Assembly (NCBI GenBank): GCA_963697335.1
Contig: CAVONQ010000016.1
Span: 65,965-129,964 of the forward strand
DNA from: an uncultured cyanobacterium
GTDB taxonomy: Bacteria; Cyanobacteriota; Cyanobacteriia; PCC-6307; Cyanobiaceae
Length of the DNA: 64,000 nt
Direction: 5' to 3'
In this document: piece after piece, positions 61,723 through 64,000 of the stretch
Layout of the letters: each line of letters begins with the position of its first letter
Position numbering within the stretch: position 1 is the stretch's first letter
The notes under the pieces: model-generated
The model's database searches: none
What the model was told of the DNA's origin: nothing
The model's input: the letters and a program-made list of their open reading frames with translations, nothing else
Program-made: the position numbers and the translations under genes

Positions 61723-63147
61723 GTGGCCACGGCAGAGCCTCCGATGCAGAGCCAGGTCCCCGGACTCGGCCTGGCTCGCACCCTGCGCCTCGGGCTGTTC
61801 CAGGGCTGCCTCGGCTGCCTGGCGGTGATCTTCGCGGGCCTGCTGAACCGGGTGATGATCAGTGAGCTCAACATCCCGGCCCTGCTGGTGGGGGTGGCCT
61901 TGGCCTTCGAGCAGTTCGTCTCGCCGGCCAGGGTGCTGGTGGGTCAGGTGTCGGATGCCCACCCCCTGGGCGGCCGCCATCGGCTCCCCTACATCTGGAT
62001 GGGCACGGCGGCCTTCTGCGCCCTGGCCGTGCTCTCGATTCCCCTGATCTTCCTCGTGGCCCGCCTGCTGCAGGCCGGTGAGCCCCATACCCTCACGGCG
62101 GGCGTGCTCGCCCTCTGCGGCCTGTTTGCAGCCTACGGACTGGCCATTTCCACGGCCTCCACGCCCTACCTGGCCCTGGTGATCGACCGCACCAACGAAC
62201 AGGAGCGCCCCCGGGCGGTGGGCATCATCTGGTGTCTGCTCACGGTGGGCATCGTGGTGGGAGCCATCAGCATCGCCATCGGCCTGCGCGGCCTCGATGG
62301 GGTCCAGGACCCGGCCGTGCTGGAGCCGGCGCTGTTCGCCTTCATGGTGAAGGTGGTGCTGGCGGTGCTGCTGATCACCCTGGTGGCCACCGTCGGCATG
62401 GAACGACCCCAGACGGTGCAGCAACTCAGCACGGCAGCCTCTCGCCAGGATTCGATCACCCTTGAGCAGTCCTGGGCCCTGATCACCTCGAGCCGCCAGG
62501 TGCTGGTGTTTTTTCTGTTCCTGGTGCTGTTCACCCTGGCCCTGTTCCTCCAGGACCCGATTCTCGAGAGCTACGGGGCTGAGGTGTTCGGGATGCCGAT
62601 CGCAGCCACGGCCTCGCTGAATGCCCTCTGGGGGATCGGCACCCTGCTGGGCCTGCTCCTGGCCGGCCTCTGGATCGTGCCCAAGGCCGGCAAGCTGGCC
62701 ACGGCGCGTCTGGGTTGCCAGCTGATCCTGGCGAGCCTTCTGTTGTTGATGGCGGCAGGCGCCCTGGGCCAGATCCCGGTGTTACAGGTCGTGATGGTGC
62801 TGTTCGGGCTGTCCGCCGGTATCGGCACCAACAGCGCCCTGGTGCTCATGCTCGATCTCACCCTGCCCCAGGCGGCCGGCACCTTTGTCGGGGTCTGGGG
62901 CCTTGCCCAGGCCATGTCCAGGGCCCTGGGCAAGGTGATCGGCGGCGGCCTGCTCGATCTGGGGCGGTGGCTCCAGGACATCAGTGGGGTATCCCCAGGG
63001 CCGCTGCCCCCCTTCGCCCTGGTGCTCGGCGTTGAGGCCCTGGTGGCGCTGGCGGCGCTCGTGGCCCTCAGCCGCGTCAACCTGCGCCAGTTCAGGGAGG
63101 ATACCGGCAGAAGTCTCAGTAAGGTCCTGGCCCTCGAGATTGGATGA
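61723..63147 (+). CDS. BCD (PucC) family MFS transporter
   Basis: RLGLFQ, LNRVMISEL, QDPILE.YG, GTFVGVWGLAQA. Confidence 0.9.
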   Translation: MATAEPPMQSQVPGLGLARTLRLGLFQGCLGCLAVIFAGLLNRVMISELNIPALLVGVALAFEQFVSPARVLVGQVSDAHPLGGRHRLPYIWMGTAAFCALAVLSIPLIFLVARLLQAGEPHTLTAGVLALCGLFAAYGLAISTASTPYLALVIDRTNEQERPRAVGIIWCLLTVGIVVGAISIAIGLRGLDGVQDPAVLEPALFAFMVKVVLAVLLITLVATVGMERPQTVQQLSTAASRQDSITLEQSWALITSSRQVLVFFLFLVLFTLALFLQDPILESYGAEVFGMPIAATASLNALWGIGTLLGLLLAGLWIVPKAGKLATARLGCQLILASLLLLMAAGALGQIPVLQVVMVLFGLSAGIGTNSALVLMLDLTLPQAAGTFVGVWGLAQAMSRALGKVIGGGLLDLGRWLQDISGVSPGPLPPFALVLGVEALVALAALVALSRVNLRQFREDTGRSLSKVLALEIG

Positions 63148-63974
63148 CCACAACACCCACCCGCCCTGCACTGGATCCGAGGCTTGCGGCCCTGCTTGAT
63201 CGGGTGGCCGAGCGGCAGCGCGCGGATTTCGGTCACGCTGTGTCGGATCTGAAGGCCGACGGCAGCCTGATCACGGCCTGTGATCGCTGGAGCGATGCCA
63301 CCCTGGTGCAGGGTCTGGGTGAGCTCTTCCCCGAAGAAGGGGTGTTGAGTGAAGAGGGGGACAAGCAGGTCCCCCTGAGCGAGGCCTTCTGGGTGGTTGA
63401 CCCTCTCGATGGCACCACCAACTTCGCGGCCGGCATTCCCTATTGGGCCATTTCCCTGGCCCGTTTCGAGGACGGGCGACCGGTGCTGGCCGTGCTCGAT
63501 GTGCCGCCGCTGCGCCAGCGCATCGTGGCAGTGCGCGGCCAGGGCGCCTGGCGCAATGGCAAGCCCCTGCACCCTCCATCGCTCCAGGACCATCCCGCCG
63601 GCTGCGCCTCCCTCTGCAGCCGCTCGATCGGGGTGCTGCAGAAGCTTCCCAACCGCCGCTTCCCCGGCAAGATCCGCCTGCTTGGGGTGGCGAGCCTGAA
63701 CCTGGTGAGTGTGGCCATGGGCCAGACCGTCGCGGCCCTGGAGGCCACGCCCAAGATCTGGGACCTGGCGGCGGCCTGGCTGGTGCTCGAGGAACTCAGC
63801 TGTCCAGTGCGCTGGCTGCAGCGCTCTCCCGAGGATCTCCTGCCAGGCAGCGATCAGACGCTGGCCGACTATCCCGTGCTGGCGGCCGATCGGGGCGCAA
63901 CGCTGGAGCGCTTCATGCCGTGGGCGGAAGCCCTGGTGGCCCTCGCGCCCGAGGCTCCGGCCATTGAGGGCTAA
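63144..63974 (+). CDS. Inositol monophosphatase family protein
   Basis: SEE, WVVDPLDGTTNF, WDLAA. Confidence 0.92.
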   Translation: MTTTPTRPALDPRLAALLDRVAERQRADFGHAVSDLKADGSLITACDRWSDATLVQGLGELFPEEGVLSEEGDKQVPLSEAFWVVDPLDGTTNFAAGIPYWAISLARFEDGRPVLAVLDVPPLRQRIVAVRGQGAWRNGKPLHPPSLQDHPAGCASLCSRSIGVLQKLPNRRFPGKIRLLGVASLNLVSVAMGQTVAALEATPKIWDLAAAWLVLEELSCPVRWLQRSPEDLLPGSDQTLADYPVLAADRGATLERFMPWAEALVALAPEAPAIEG

Positions 63975-64000
63975 GCAGGTGCTATGGTTTTGAACTGCTC

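Overview
High-GC picocyanobacterial chromosome segment (Cyanobium/Synechococcus-like, inferred from gene content and codon style). Most of the window is core genome: ndhM, pds/crtB/zds, tsaB, plsX-fabH-fabD-plsC, rpaB, radA, ycf3, Cu-ATPase, tmk, holB, rpaA, tRNA-Asn, a standalone psbD, a Som-type porin, ndhO, hemD, rbfA, aroK, petL, rimO, nadB, psbU and uppP. Two regions stand out. (1) An accessory signalling block at ~1.8-11.1 kb is interleaved with pds-crtB. It encodes a Cache-sensor hybrid kinase, a single-domain receiver, a DHp-REC protein, a TolC, a membrane HAMP protein, a MinD/ParA ATPase and a small probable winged-helix protein. The DHp-REC and HAMP proteins both end in the same ~55-aa tail (28/55 identical, ungapped), which I do not recognise as a named domain, instead of an enzymatic output. 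(2) The porin 3' UTR has two hairpins displaying Yfr1-type (A)CUCCUCACAC loops complementary to the porin's own ribosome-binding region. Several genes carry single-base frameshifts, some at homopolymers, which may be assembly errors. All calls come from motif recognition by eye; no searches were run.
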